The position numbers and the translations under genes were made by a program. A stretch of 64,000 nt of DNA, taken from positions 870,591 to 934,590 of the forward strand of contig MU058039.1 in NCBI GenBank assembly GCA_013265495.1, written 5' to 3'. Below are positions 48,489-60,600 of the stretch, piece by piece. Within the stretch, counting starts at the first letter, position 1, and each line of letters starts with the position of its first letter. The stretch is from Vicugna vicugna. Its lineage: Eukaryota. The notes under the pieces were generated by a model. The model had not been told where the DNA came from. It searched no databases and was given only the letters and a program-made list of their open reading frames with translations.

Positions 48489-48608
48489 GACCAGGCGAAG
48501 CGCAGCAGCGAGGTGGGATCTCAGACAGCGCCTACCAAGAGCAGTCTTGCAAGCTAGTGTTGACCTCCGCATTCTCCATGTTGAAGCCACTTTGCTCGCT
48601 GCCCCGAG

Positions 48609-51600
48609 ATGTCCCCTGCGTGGCCGAGACTCCGAGTTCTGCGAGAGTTGAGGGCACTGCTGGTGGTGCTGTTAGCACCATGGAGGTTGTGGGCGATAAA
48701 GGATACACAGGACTGCACCTGGCAGGTTGCCCTGAACAAGTTTGACGCAATAGGCGAGAACCACACGAGCGATCGTTTCTTCTATCAAGAGCCCCTGGAC
48801 ACAGTGGATGAAGTGTTCAGCCTGCTGGTGGATGCACCCATCGACCCGGACAAGGTGAGGGGACTGGGGTCAGGCGAACGGGAGAGGTCCTGGATCTGCA
48901 CCCCACTGGGCTCTGAACGTTTGCCCAATTTCTCCTTGCAGACATACCTGGGCTTTCCTTACTACCTGAAGATCAATTACTCCTGCAAAAGAGAGGTGAG
49001 TGGGTGCAGCCGGGGGTGGGCTCATTCTATGTGGGCCTCAGTTTCCCCAACACTAACATTCAAATAGCAGTGGTACTACCAGACCCCAGGGAACTTAAAG
49101 ATTCATTAGTGGAAGGACATTTAGGTTATCCACTTTTGGGGGTGGGGGGCTGTTATGAATCATTTTGCTATGAACATGTGTGTACAAGTTTTTGTGTAAA
49201 CATATGCTTTCGGTTCTCTTCAGTATCTACCTAGGGAGTGGAATTGCTGGGTCATACGTTAACTCTTTCACTTCTGAGGAACTGCCTGTTTTCCAAATCA
49301 GCTGTGCATCATTTTACATTCCCATCAACAATGTATGAGGGTTCCAGGTTCTAAGGGTGATTTTTATTTACTAATTTTTTGTTGTTGTTGTTTTGGGGGT
49401 TTTATGGGGGAGAGGTAATTTTATTTATTTATTCATTTATTTTTAGTGGAGGTACCAGGGAACTGAACCCGGGACTTCATGCATGTTAAGCATGTGCTTC
49501 ACTACATGAGCTATACCCTCCCCCTCTTTAAATGTGGTTTTGATTTGCATTTGCCTCATAACTAATGATGTTGAACATCTTTTCATATGTACCTTGGCCA
49601 TTTATCTACATTCTTTGGAGAAATGTCTATCTAGAGTCTCTGCCCATTTAAAAATTAGATTATTTGTCTTTTTATTGTTGCATTGTAAAATTTCTCAATA
49701 TATATGGGAGGCTAGTTTCTTATCAGATATATAATTTGTAAATTTTTTCATATTCCATGTCTTTTTACTTTCTTGATGGTGTCCTTTAAAACACAAAAGT
49801 TTTATGTTTATTGAGATATAATTCACATATCATAAAATAGTACAAAAATTTTAAATTTTGATGAAGTCCAATTGATCAATTTTTTTCATTTGTTGCTTGT
49901 GCCTTTGGTGTTGTCTAAGAAGGCTTTACTTAACCAGAGGCCATGAAGATCTACTCTCATGTTTTCTTCTATAAGGTTTTTGTTTGTTTGTTTTAGCTCC
50001 TACATTTAGATCTTTGATCCATTTTGAGTTAGTTTTTGTATATGGTGTAAGGAAGGGGTCTAACTTTTATGTGTGACTATCCAGTTATCCCAGTACCATT
50101 TGTTGAAAGGATTATTCTTTCCTCATTGAATTGTCTTGGCACCCTTGTCAAAAATCAATGGACCATAAAGGTAAGAGTTTATTTCTGGGTATAATTCCAG
50201 TCCATTTCTCTATATATCTGTCTATATGGCAGTACCACACAGTCTTGATCACTGTAGCTTTGTAGTATGTTTTCAAGTTGGGAAGTTTGAGTCCTCCAAC
50301 TATGTTCTTTTTCAAGATTTTTTTTATCTCATGTCAGCCTTCTGAGGACAGTAGAATCTGCCATAGACTAACATTTACTTGGAGGAAGTACAGCATGATA
50401 GTTAATCCTTTCGGCTCTGGAGCCAGGCTGCCTGGGTTCAAATCCTAGCTCTGCTACATAATAGCTGTGTGATCTCAAGCTAGTTACTTAACTTCTCTGT
50501 ACCAAAGTTTCCTCATCCTTAACACAGGTACAATAATGATCATACCTGCTTTCATAAAATAATTAAGGGGGTTGAGGGGGTTTAGTACAGTGGTAGAGCA
50601 CATGCCCGGCATGCACGAGGGCCTGGGTTCAATCCCCAGTGTCTCCACTAAAGGGAAAAAAATACATAAAATGATTAAATACATGTGATGCACTTACCAC
50701 AGTGCCTGGTTCATAGACAGGGCTCACTGAATGCTGGCAACAAGTTTTTAGAGTGTGATCCTGGGCAGAGAGTTTACTCCATGAGCCTTCTCTCCTTCTC
50801 TGTAAAAGCATGTTAATAATGATACCTTTATCTCTTCATGCCACACCTACTCCGAGTCAGATCCTCTTTTCTTCTTTTTTACAACGGGGTCGGGGGGTGA
50901 GGGAGTGGGGGACACAGTGAAAAACAACATGGCCAGGTTTTTCTTCTGGATTCAGCCCACCAGCGAAGCAGACAATCAGCAAGTAAACAGGTTAAATAAT
51001 TTATTAGAGGAATCAGAGCAAAGAAGAAAGTAAAAGGAGGTGATGTGTTCGAAAGGAGGGTGTTAGCTGGGGTGGCTGGGGGGTGTCTCTGAAAAGGCTG
51101 GAGCAGAGCCCTGAATGATGAAAGGGGAGGCCCATGAGGAGAACCAGGGGAAGCATTAGGGTCAGTGCATCAGCCCTGAAGTAGGACCAAAGCTGGAGTG
51201 TGTTTGAGGATCAGCTAAGAGTCCCGTGTGGCGGGAGCAGAGTGACAAGGGGGACAGTGGGAGGGGATAGTGAGGACTTGGCCTACACCCTGAGTGAGGT
51301 GGAGCCATGAAAAGGTTCTGAGCAGAGGAGGGAGGCAAACTCAGGTGTCCGCAGGCTCCCTCCTGCTGTGGGGGTGGGGTGGGACAGGGAGCAAAGAGAA
51401 GGGGTGGGGGGGCAGATGATGGTCTGGGCAGAAATTAAGGATGGATGGGGCCAGGATAGTCATAGCCACTGTTGCCCTGACAGGGAGGAGGTCCCCCCAC
51501 CCCACAGCACCTGCTGCCCTGTGTTGGGAAACCCGGAGGCTGGGCTGGGGCAGGTGAGGTTGGCAAGATTGAAAGGGCCCTGGCTGAGGCATTCCTCAGG

Positions 51601-54600
51601 GTGAAGGTCTGTGTAGAGGGAGTCAGACCTGTGAAATCTCCTGTCCGGGTCCCACACCTCGCCCACCACGCAGCTGCTGCAGTGCCTGGAGTACAGCTCT
51701 CTCCTGAGGATGCCTCCAAGCCTTTGCTTATGCTGATTCATACCCTGGAACACCCTTCTTCCTCCTTCTATCTCCACTCTAAGCCCTCCTTGCCCTTCTC
51801 AGCCCAGCCAGGATCCTGGTATCTCTGCGAGGTTGTCCCTGGCTGCCCCATCACCCTTTACCCCAGTTCCTTCCTGTCTAACTGCCCCACCCTACCCTCA
51901 TCCCCAGGCCCCAACCCCAAACCTGGCTATTTTCTGACTGGTGGTGGTGGCAGAGAGTCTAATTTCTGCAGGGAGGGCGGAAGCTTCTCAAGACTGGGGC
52001 TTGGAATCCCTGAAGTGAGGGAAGAGGCTGCTAGCAGTTTGGGGTGTCAGGCACTCCCACCTTTACCTTTATGCTTAGCCCGTGTGGTCCTTCCCTACGC
52101 ACTCCCTACATCCACATTCTGTCTGAATACTTTGCTATGGACTCTCCTCCTCCAGGAAGACCTCCTGACTCTCTCCACAGCCTGTAGTGCTTTTGCCCCT
52201 CTCCTAGTCTGGCCAATCCACCAGCCCCAAATCTGGATCATGTTCTCTGACCTTCCCATGGTGAAGGGTCAGTTCTCCTGACCCAGCCCAGGAAGACAGG
52301 CTAGTAAAGGTGGGGTCACAGCAGGGGGATACACAGGCTATCTTACAGACATGCCTGTGGGGCCATCTTACCCTCAGTTCTCCGAGGCCCTGGTCCGCAA
52401 GGGCCACCTGACGGGGCTGAAGCCCATGGTGCTGGTCAGCTTCCAGTCCCCAGTCAACTTCTATCACTGGAAGATAGAGCAGCTACAGATCCAGATGGAG
52501 GCAGCCCCCTTCCGCAGCAAAGGTGGGCCTGGGGCGGAGGGGTGCCCCTGAAGGGATCACAACCTGGCAGGGGTGTGGGGACATTTCTGGGGCTTTGACG
52601 GGAAGCTGGGGTCATCAGAGGGATTCATGACCTGGTGGGGGGACGTGAGAGTTTTGGGGGCCTCATGGTGGTCTGTAGCCTGGAGAGGGGCCCAGGGAGG
52701 CCTCAGCAGCTTCGTAGCCTAGATGAGGCCACACAGAGGCCCCTTGGCTGGGACGGGCCTGGGGCATGGGGAGTTGCAGGGAGTTCCGGTGGTCTCTGGC
52801 CTGTGGGGAGCTGCTGGAAGGCCCCAGCAGCCTCAGTGCCCACTGCCTGCCTGCAGAGTTGTGTAACGCCGAGGAGGTGTGTGTCATGAGCTGGTATACG
52901 CCCATGCCCATCAAGAACGGCAGCGTGGTCATGCGCGTGGACGTCAGCAGCAATGGCCTGGGGCCCTTCATTCCCAATAAAAGGTGCCCTTTCCCAAGCC
53001 CAGAGCAGTGGGGTAGACTCTGGGAGGGACTTCCTAATCCCCAGGTCCCCAAAGAAGACAGGAGGAGCCCAAAAGGTGGGAACAGGTCGGGGGGGGTGGC
53101 TGTGTGCTAGGGCCGGAGTGGGAACCCTCACAGGTGCCTGCCCCACACCTACCGCCAGTTTTTGGGTGAACATCAACGGCTTCCTGGAGAGACAGCAAGA
53201 CAACACACTGCGTTTCACTGTGGGAAATGAGGTAAGCCGGCCCGGTTGTGGGGAAGGGTAGAAGGTGTGGTTAGAGAGAGTAGGCTGGGGCCCTGATTAC
53301 ATCCCAAACAAGTGGCAGATTCAATTTACAGAGTGCTAATTGTGTGCCAGGCCCTGGGGGGATGTGCTCTGCTAAATGCACAATCACCTGAGGTCTTCAC
53401 AGAGACCCATGAGGGAAGGTTCTGTCACATACCCATTTTAAAGAGGAGAAAACTGAGGCCCCAAAGGGATAGAGCCTTTTGCCCACAGTTTCTCATCATG
53501 AACACATGAAATGAGACTTGAAACTGTATCTGCTTGACTCCCACACCCATAGTCTTAATCACAGTGCATGCGTGCATTCATTCATTCATTCATTCAGCAG
53601 GCACTTCCTCTGAGCACACAGTGTGGCACCATGCGAACATAACAGTGAACACACAGCCCCAAATCTCTGCCCTCTTAGAGCTGACATTCTAGGGGGAGAG
53701 ACAGACAACAAACCAGTAAACATAAAAAGTAAATTCCATGGCAGGTTAAAAGATGGTAAGTGCTCTGGAGCGAATTCAGACGGTGAGGGGAATTGGGTCC
53801 GTGCAGGAGGGGATGGCAGTGTTTAATGGAATGGTCAAGAGAGGCATAATTGAGAAGGTTGACATTCAAGTCAAGCCTTTGAGGAGGAGAGGAAGGAATC
53901 ATGTGATTACTTGGGAAGAGCATTTCATACAGAGGGAACAGCCAATGCAAAGGTTCTGAGGTGGGAGCCATGCATGGTATGTCTTAGAGGCAGTGAGGAG
54001 GCTGATGTGGCTGGGAGAGAGCGGATGAGGGGGAGAGTGTTGGGGGGTGAGATCAAAGAGGTGATGGGGCAAATTACATGGGGTCTCAGGGTCTTGTGGG
54101 TCAGGGTAAATTCTTTAGCTTTGACCCTAGGTGAGACGGAGCCGTGGGAGGGTAGGGGGTTGTTAAGCAGCCCTCCTGCCCCTGCCCTACAGCTCTTCAA
54201 TCTGATACCCCGGTACTTTGTGAATGCCCCATCACGGCCCCTGTGGTACACTGTGGACCAGGCACCTGTGCTCATCCTGGGCGGCATCCCCGAGGAGAAG
54301 TCCATCCTGCTGACCGACACAAACTTCAAGGACTTCTTCCTTGTAGAGGTGAGTGGTGCAGGGCAGATGGTGTGTGGGGGGCCTTTTGAAGGGGGCGAGG
54401 CCTCAGCTTCCAAAACGGGGTGGGGCCTGGGGCCACGGAAGGGGTCCTCGAAGGCATATCAGCCCCCATAAAAGGCAGATAGCATGAAGGAAAGACATAA
54501 GACTGCAGCCAGACAGCCTGGGTTCAAATCCTACCACCTCCTGGCTGTGTGATGTTGGGCAAGTCACTCCACCTACCGGGGCCTCAGAGTCCCCATCAGT

Positions 54601-57600
54601 AAAATGGGAACAGTAGTTATAGTTACCTGACAGGATTATTGTGAGGATGATCTAAATTAATATCAGCTGGACACAGAATGAGTACTATGTGAATCAAAGC
54701 TATTATCATTTATAGGTCCACCATTTGTAATTCTGAAATCCAAAGAGCATTTTCATAAGTTGAAGGGTAAAATGCATTTGTTGAGAAACCCTGACCTGAG
54801 CTAACAAAGTCTGCTTGTTTTGGTCTCTGTGCATCCCATTTAGTGTTACTATTCAGATGCTGTCCTACAGAAGTATTAAGGGGTTTGATTATGGGGTGCT
54901 GCCCCAGGCCCCGCAGAGGGTTTGAATGGTATATATGGTGCCATATTTCCTTCTAAACTCCGGAAAATTCTGAGTTGCGATATACATCTGGCTCCCAGGG
55001 TTTCAAATTCATCATTGTGAGCCTGTATTATTCCCAGAATGCGGGATAGGGTGTCTGAAGCAAGGTTCCTTTGGTGTGAATGACAAAACTGTTTGGATTC
55101 TTTGCAGCTGTAGGCAGAACTCCAACCCAGTTTGGTTTAAGCAGAGAAATGCATTGAATAGGTGCACCTAACGGCAAAGCCTGAGCCCAGATCAGCCTGC
55201 AGGCCTGCCTTGACCCAGGGTTCACATGAGGACTCCAGCTTTCAGCTCCACTTCTGGATTAGCCCTGTCCTCAATGTGGCTCATATCATCCCAACTCCAA
55301 GGCAGAGAAAGGGAGCATCTGTTTCCCAAATAGCTTTTTAAAAATCCTGAAATTTATTTGGGCCTGTTTGGCCACTCTTGGGTAGTGTGTTTCAAAATAA
55401 TGGAATGTGCCGGCTAGCTTAGCCCAGGGCACGCGCTCTATTCTAATGAGGGGGACAGCCAAGACAAGAGGCAGAGAAAGGATGGTTCCCCCAAATGAAA
55501 GTAGGTAGCTTTGCCACAAGTTGAGGGGAGAAAATGCTGGTTGTTAACTGTGTCCAGGGTAACAACCGTGCACCACAGCAACCCCAGAAGTTGCCCTCAG
55601 CCTCCTCCCATCAAGGTTGAAAGCTCCACCGATGATTTCTGATGACCTCATGTGGATTAATGTTCTCTCAGTTCCCTCTGGCTCTGAATACCTGCATCTC
55701 CATTTACAGACCACCTCCCTGTCCTGGGTCAGCCCTCTCCGTTCTGGCCCAAGTCTTTCCAGACATGATTCAGTTTTCATGCTCCTGACCCAAACACACC
55801 CACAGGGAATATGTGATCGATGTGGATTCTGCTGAAGAGCTTTCGAGGGCAGAGAAGGGGGCTTATGTCAGGGGAGTGAGAAGTTCAATTTCAATTTCAG
55901 GCGTCCTTGTTCTTTTTCTTTTTTAATTGATCAAGGATAAAAATCATAAAATTCATAAAATTCACCATTTGTTAAAGGTTTTTTGGGGGGTGTTTTTTGG
56001 GGGGGTAATTAAGTTTGTTTATTTATTTATTATGGAGGCACTGGGGATCGAACCCAGGCTTTGGAAGTTGACTTGTTCCTCTGATAATTGTGCATGCTAG
56101 GCATGTGCTCTGCCACTAGAGCTATACCCTCCCCCCTAAAATTAACCACTTTAAAATGAACAATTGAGCGCCATTGAGTACACTGATATTGTGCAACCAC
56201 CACAGTATCTATTTCCAAAAAATTTCCATCACCCCAAAATCGAAGCCCATTTATTTTTATTCTTTAATTAGGGATTTTTCCCATATTGCTGTCTCCTCTT
56301 TTCCCTTCTCCTGTTTCACTTCACCACTCCCTTCCAGACTGCCCCTAGGATTCCAGCTCTCCTCCTCGGCCGGGTGTTGGTCAGGTTTAGATGCTGTAAC
56401 AAAGAGACCCCTGAGAGAGAAAAGCTTAAATAGATGCTATTACTCATTCCTGGAACAGTCCAGAAGCAAGAAACACAAGTTCCTTCTATTTTCCTGCTTC
56501 ACCATCTCCTAGACCCCACATGTTGATTTCATCAGCATGATCGGAGCTGGGCCACGCCCATGTCCATATTCCAGCCAATGGGAAGGGGAAAGAGCAGAAA
56601 TGGACGGCAGGCTGTTTTCTCTTAAGCAAGTTTCACTCCTACTCACATCCTGTTACTGAGAAATTAGTCACATGGCTATATCCAACTGCCAGGGAGTCTG
56701 GAAAATATAATTTCTACCTGGGTGGCACATGCCCTATTAAAACTCAGTTACCAAAGAACATGGAGGGAATGGATTTGGGTGCTCAACTAGCTACCTGCCA
56801 AAAGTGAAGGAAGAAATTTGTTGGTTCATATAACCAAAAAATTTAGGACTTCAGATCCAGCTTGACCCAGGATTTCAAACAATGTCACCAGGACTGAGTT
56901 TCTCTCTTTCTATCTCTTGGACCTGGTTCTTCTGTATTGAGTTTATGCTCAAACAGCTCTGTACTTGAAACTGCATAGGCTGCATCTTCTCAGGCCCACA
57001 TCCAGTGGGAAAGATCTTTCCTGTTATCCTTCAGCCCCCAAATCACAAGATTCCTTCCACTTGATGCAGTTCACCAATTGCCCACCTTGATTCGATCATT
57101 GGAGCCAGAGAAACCCAACAGGCTGCTTATTGAGTTAGATGATCCCGAAGTCTTAAACTTTGCTCAAAGAAGAAATCCAGCTGACTCACAGCTTTCTTTT
57201 TCTCATGTATGTGGGAGAAGAGGGGAGGTGTGATGATCCTCTCATAGCTTAGCAGAGAAAATTTCCAAGTATCTCTTCCAGAAAACAGGCATCACTTTAA
57301 ATATTATCAGGGCACTACATTGAGTATGACAATGAATCAAAATGACAGATTTAGAGGGCACAGGTTAGTTTTACCAGGCATAGCAACAATGTCTGTAGTT
57401 TGAATGGATTATGAGTTTTTTTTAGAAATTACACTTTCAAGGACACTCTTCTGATGCTGAGTAGGGCAGAGATGTGAGAATATTCATGTTCTCCTTAATA
57501 AAATTTCCCTTAGCTGCAGAGCCTTGAGTTTTGCTTTGATATATACCTTTTTATTGGAAAAGTCAGTGGAAAATTCCACTTCTTAGTGGAAAATTTCAAT

Positions 57601-60600
57601 CAAACACACACAAAAAAGAGAATAATATAATGAACCCAACTTCAATAGTTAATATTTTGCTTTTTTTTTTTTCGGTCCCACTATTTTCTTGTTCCTGGAA
57701 TTTTTGAGAGAAAATTCCAGCCATCACACCATTTCACCTGTAAATTCTGGGAATACTTGAGGGAAGTATCTCTTACACATGAGGACTTTTTTTTTTCTTT
57801 TTTGGGTGGGGGGAGAGGAAGTAATTAGGTTTGTTTGTTTGTTTATTAATGGAGGTACTGGGAATTGAACCCAGGACCTTGTGCATGCTATACCCTCCCC
57901 CCACATGAGGACTTTTAAGAAGTAAAGCCACAATGCCATTAGAATGCCCAGCAAAATTAGCAATTAACCCCTTAATATCATCGAACCTGATTATAGTCAT
58001 TTCCCCCCAATTATGTAAAAATGTTTGTTTGAATCAGGCAATACACTGCATTAGATTGTTAAGTCTCTTAATACTCTGCTCACCTCTAAGTCTGCTCTCC
58101 TCCAACCCCCAACCATCAATCACCAACCACCTTTTTTTCAGGTAATTTAAGAAATCAGGCCATCTGTCATATAGAATTTGGCTGTTTGCTTCTTCATGGA
58201 GTTGATTAACTTGTTCCTCTGACCCTGTGTATTACTCTGCTCTGGCTGCCATAATAAGACTGCCAGAGATGGGGGTGGGGTGGGGGGTTAAACAACAGAC
58301 ATGTATCTTCTCACAGTTCTGGAGGCTGCCAGTCTGAGATCAAGGTGTCAGCAGGGTTGGCTTCTGGTGAGGCCTCTTTCCTCGGATTGCAGAAAATGCC
58401 TTCTCCCTGTATCTTCACCTGGCCTTTTCTCTGTGTGCCTGAGTGTAGAGAGAGAGTTCTCTGCTGTCTCTTCCTCTTCTTATAAAGTCACCAGTCCAGT
58501 GGGATTAGAGCCCCGCCCTTATGACTTCATCAGACCTTGATTATCTATCTCCTTAAAGGCCCAGATACAGTCTCATTGGGGGCCAGGGCTTCAGCATATG
58601 AATTGGGAGGAGGTCAGGGGGATAGTTCAAGTGGTAAAGCACATGCTTAACATGCACAAGGTCCTGGGTTCAATCCCCAGTACCGCCATTAAAATAAATA
58701 AGTAAAACACCTAATTACCTTCCCCCCCTCAAAAAAGGAACATCTGTATAAATTGGGAGGGGGACACTGTCAGTGACATGGCCAGTGTTAGTGGTTGGTC
58801 AGTGAGTTCAGATAGTGTCAGCCTGAATCAGCCGATTGTGTTCACAGTAGAATGGGACCCGCCAAGCCCTACTGTGTCCGCTGTGTGCTGCCCAGCTCTA
58901 GGGAGCACAGGAGGCCCCAGCCGGCTCTGGCCTGCATCGCCTGCTTCTGGGGGTTGGGGGTGCTGGGGAAGTTGGTCCCCAAGATGCTGCTGCAGGGTGA
59001 GCAGGGAGGGCACCCTGGGGGCAGCGCATGTATACATCCTGGGCAGTTGTCAGAGTAGTTGCTCCCCCTACTCCTCCCCATCTCGAGGCAGGATGTGGGG
59101 GCTAAGAGCAAGGCCGCCTGCTCACCCCTGGCTCTACTCCCCTGCAGCTGAGCATTAACAGTTGCTGGGTAGGCTCCTTCTGCCCCCAGGCCAGCTTCAC
59201 CGCCACCATCTACGATGCCATCGCCACCGAGAGCACCCTCTTCATTCGGCAGAACCAGCTCGTTTACTATTTTACGGGCACCTATATCACACTCCACGAG
59301 AGCAACCATGGCAGCGGTGAGGGAGCTGTGGCTGGGTCACATACCTGGGTGTCCCTGGCGTCTTAGGCAAGGGGACCTGCCCATTGGAGCCCAGGGGAGG
59401 GAACCTCAGTGAATCCATCCCCTGGAGGCACCTGGGACTGGAATTGCCTTTGGGGTGGGTGGAGTTGGAGGGACTTCCCAGGCTCCTGAAGTGTCGCTGC
59501 CCACATTGCATGGCCTTTTCCTGCCCTCTGGGTGCTGGCGTGAGGCTTTCATCCAGCCTCTCCCAGGAGCTGTGAGCCAACTAAGGGCCACAGAGAGTGG
59601 TGTGAGAGTGAAGGGAGGGAGCAGAGAGACAAACATATATGCACGGACACGAGCGTTTGCACACACACACACACACACACACACGTACACACAAAGTCAG
59701 AAAGACAGAGAAAGACATGGGAAGAAAGATGTACACCAAGAGAGAAATTTCAGGGTCTGGAGAGAGGCACAGAGTCAGAAAGACAGACAGAAACAGAGGT
59801 CGGCTGTTGGAGGGGCAAAACCATGAACAGGATTAATCAGAGAGGAAAAAGAGCTTTTGATTCAGCCTCATCTTTTACCAAAGCCCAAATTCTTCTCACC
59901 ACCCCACCCCACCCCCACCCCCACCCCCACCCCATGTAAATGAGCGATGACAACTTATTGGGTCACCAAAACTTTGACTGTAACCTATATTAGTTAATGG
60001 ATGTTCCCAACAACTTCATTTTCCTCTCTTTCTCTCTTAGGGCCCTTTGATGTTGGGAAGAACTTCACTTGTTAAATTAGATTTAAGTCAAAGAATGGGC
60101 TGTTTAATCAGCTTAGCTGAAAAACTCAGGAGCATGTGGGTTTCAGGCACAGTTGGATCTAGGGGCTCACTGTAGCTGTTAGACAGGCCCCATCCTTGTG
60201 ATGGCTATGGTGATTCCCTGCCCCAACTAGCAACTGCAGACTTTTATACCCTCAGGGACCCCAGGAAAGACCATCTCTTTGTTAGTGGTTGAAAACTGAG
60301 ACTATCTCTGATTTGCCCAGCTTGATCACATGCCCAGCTCAGAACCAATCGCTCTGGCCAAGGGAATGCAAGGGTGGGGTCAGCCCAGTCTGAACTTCAT
60401 GGACAGAGTGTGAGCAAGGGGGATTTTCTCAAAAGCAGCTGGGGCCCTGCACCAAGGGTCCCTCAGACACCACATTCAACAGTTGCTCCAGTGGGAGAGG
60501 ACAGATAACAGGTTCATCAAGACCAGGGAAAGTGGATGGGTGGCCAGGTCCCAGGATCAAATGTCTATGCTGGCCCCCCGCAGAGAAATGGGTTCATGTC

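Noticed and set aside
47689..48745. Alternative-frame ORFs over the repeat (EPGARAGV, SQEQEQ, and minus-strand Leu- or Cys-rich ORFs)
   Set aside because: Shadows of a stop-poor repeat with unit length divisible by 3; several begin at non-ATG codons. Only the ATG-initiated 352-codon frame was kept as a candidate.
49534..49734. [22 protein letters not shown]..
   Set aside because: Typical antisense translation of an L1 fragment.
51601..52281. 226-aa ORF in a CATSPERG intron; likewise 13807-14448 (-), 34146-34763 (+) and 27701-28279 (+)
   Set aside because: No domain similarity or coherent splice context; several cross repeat fragments or microsatellites or start at non-ATG codons.
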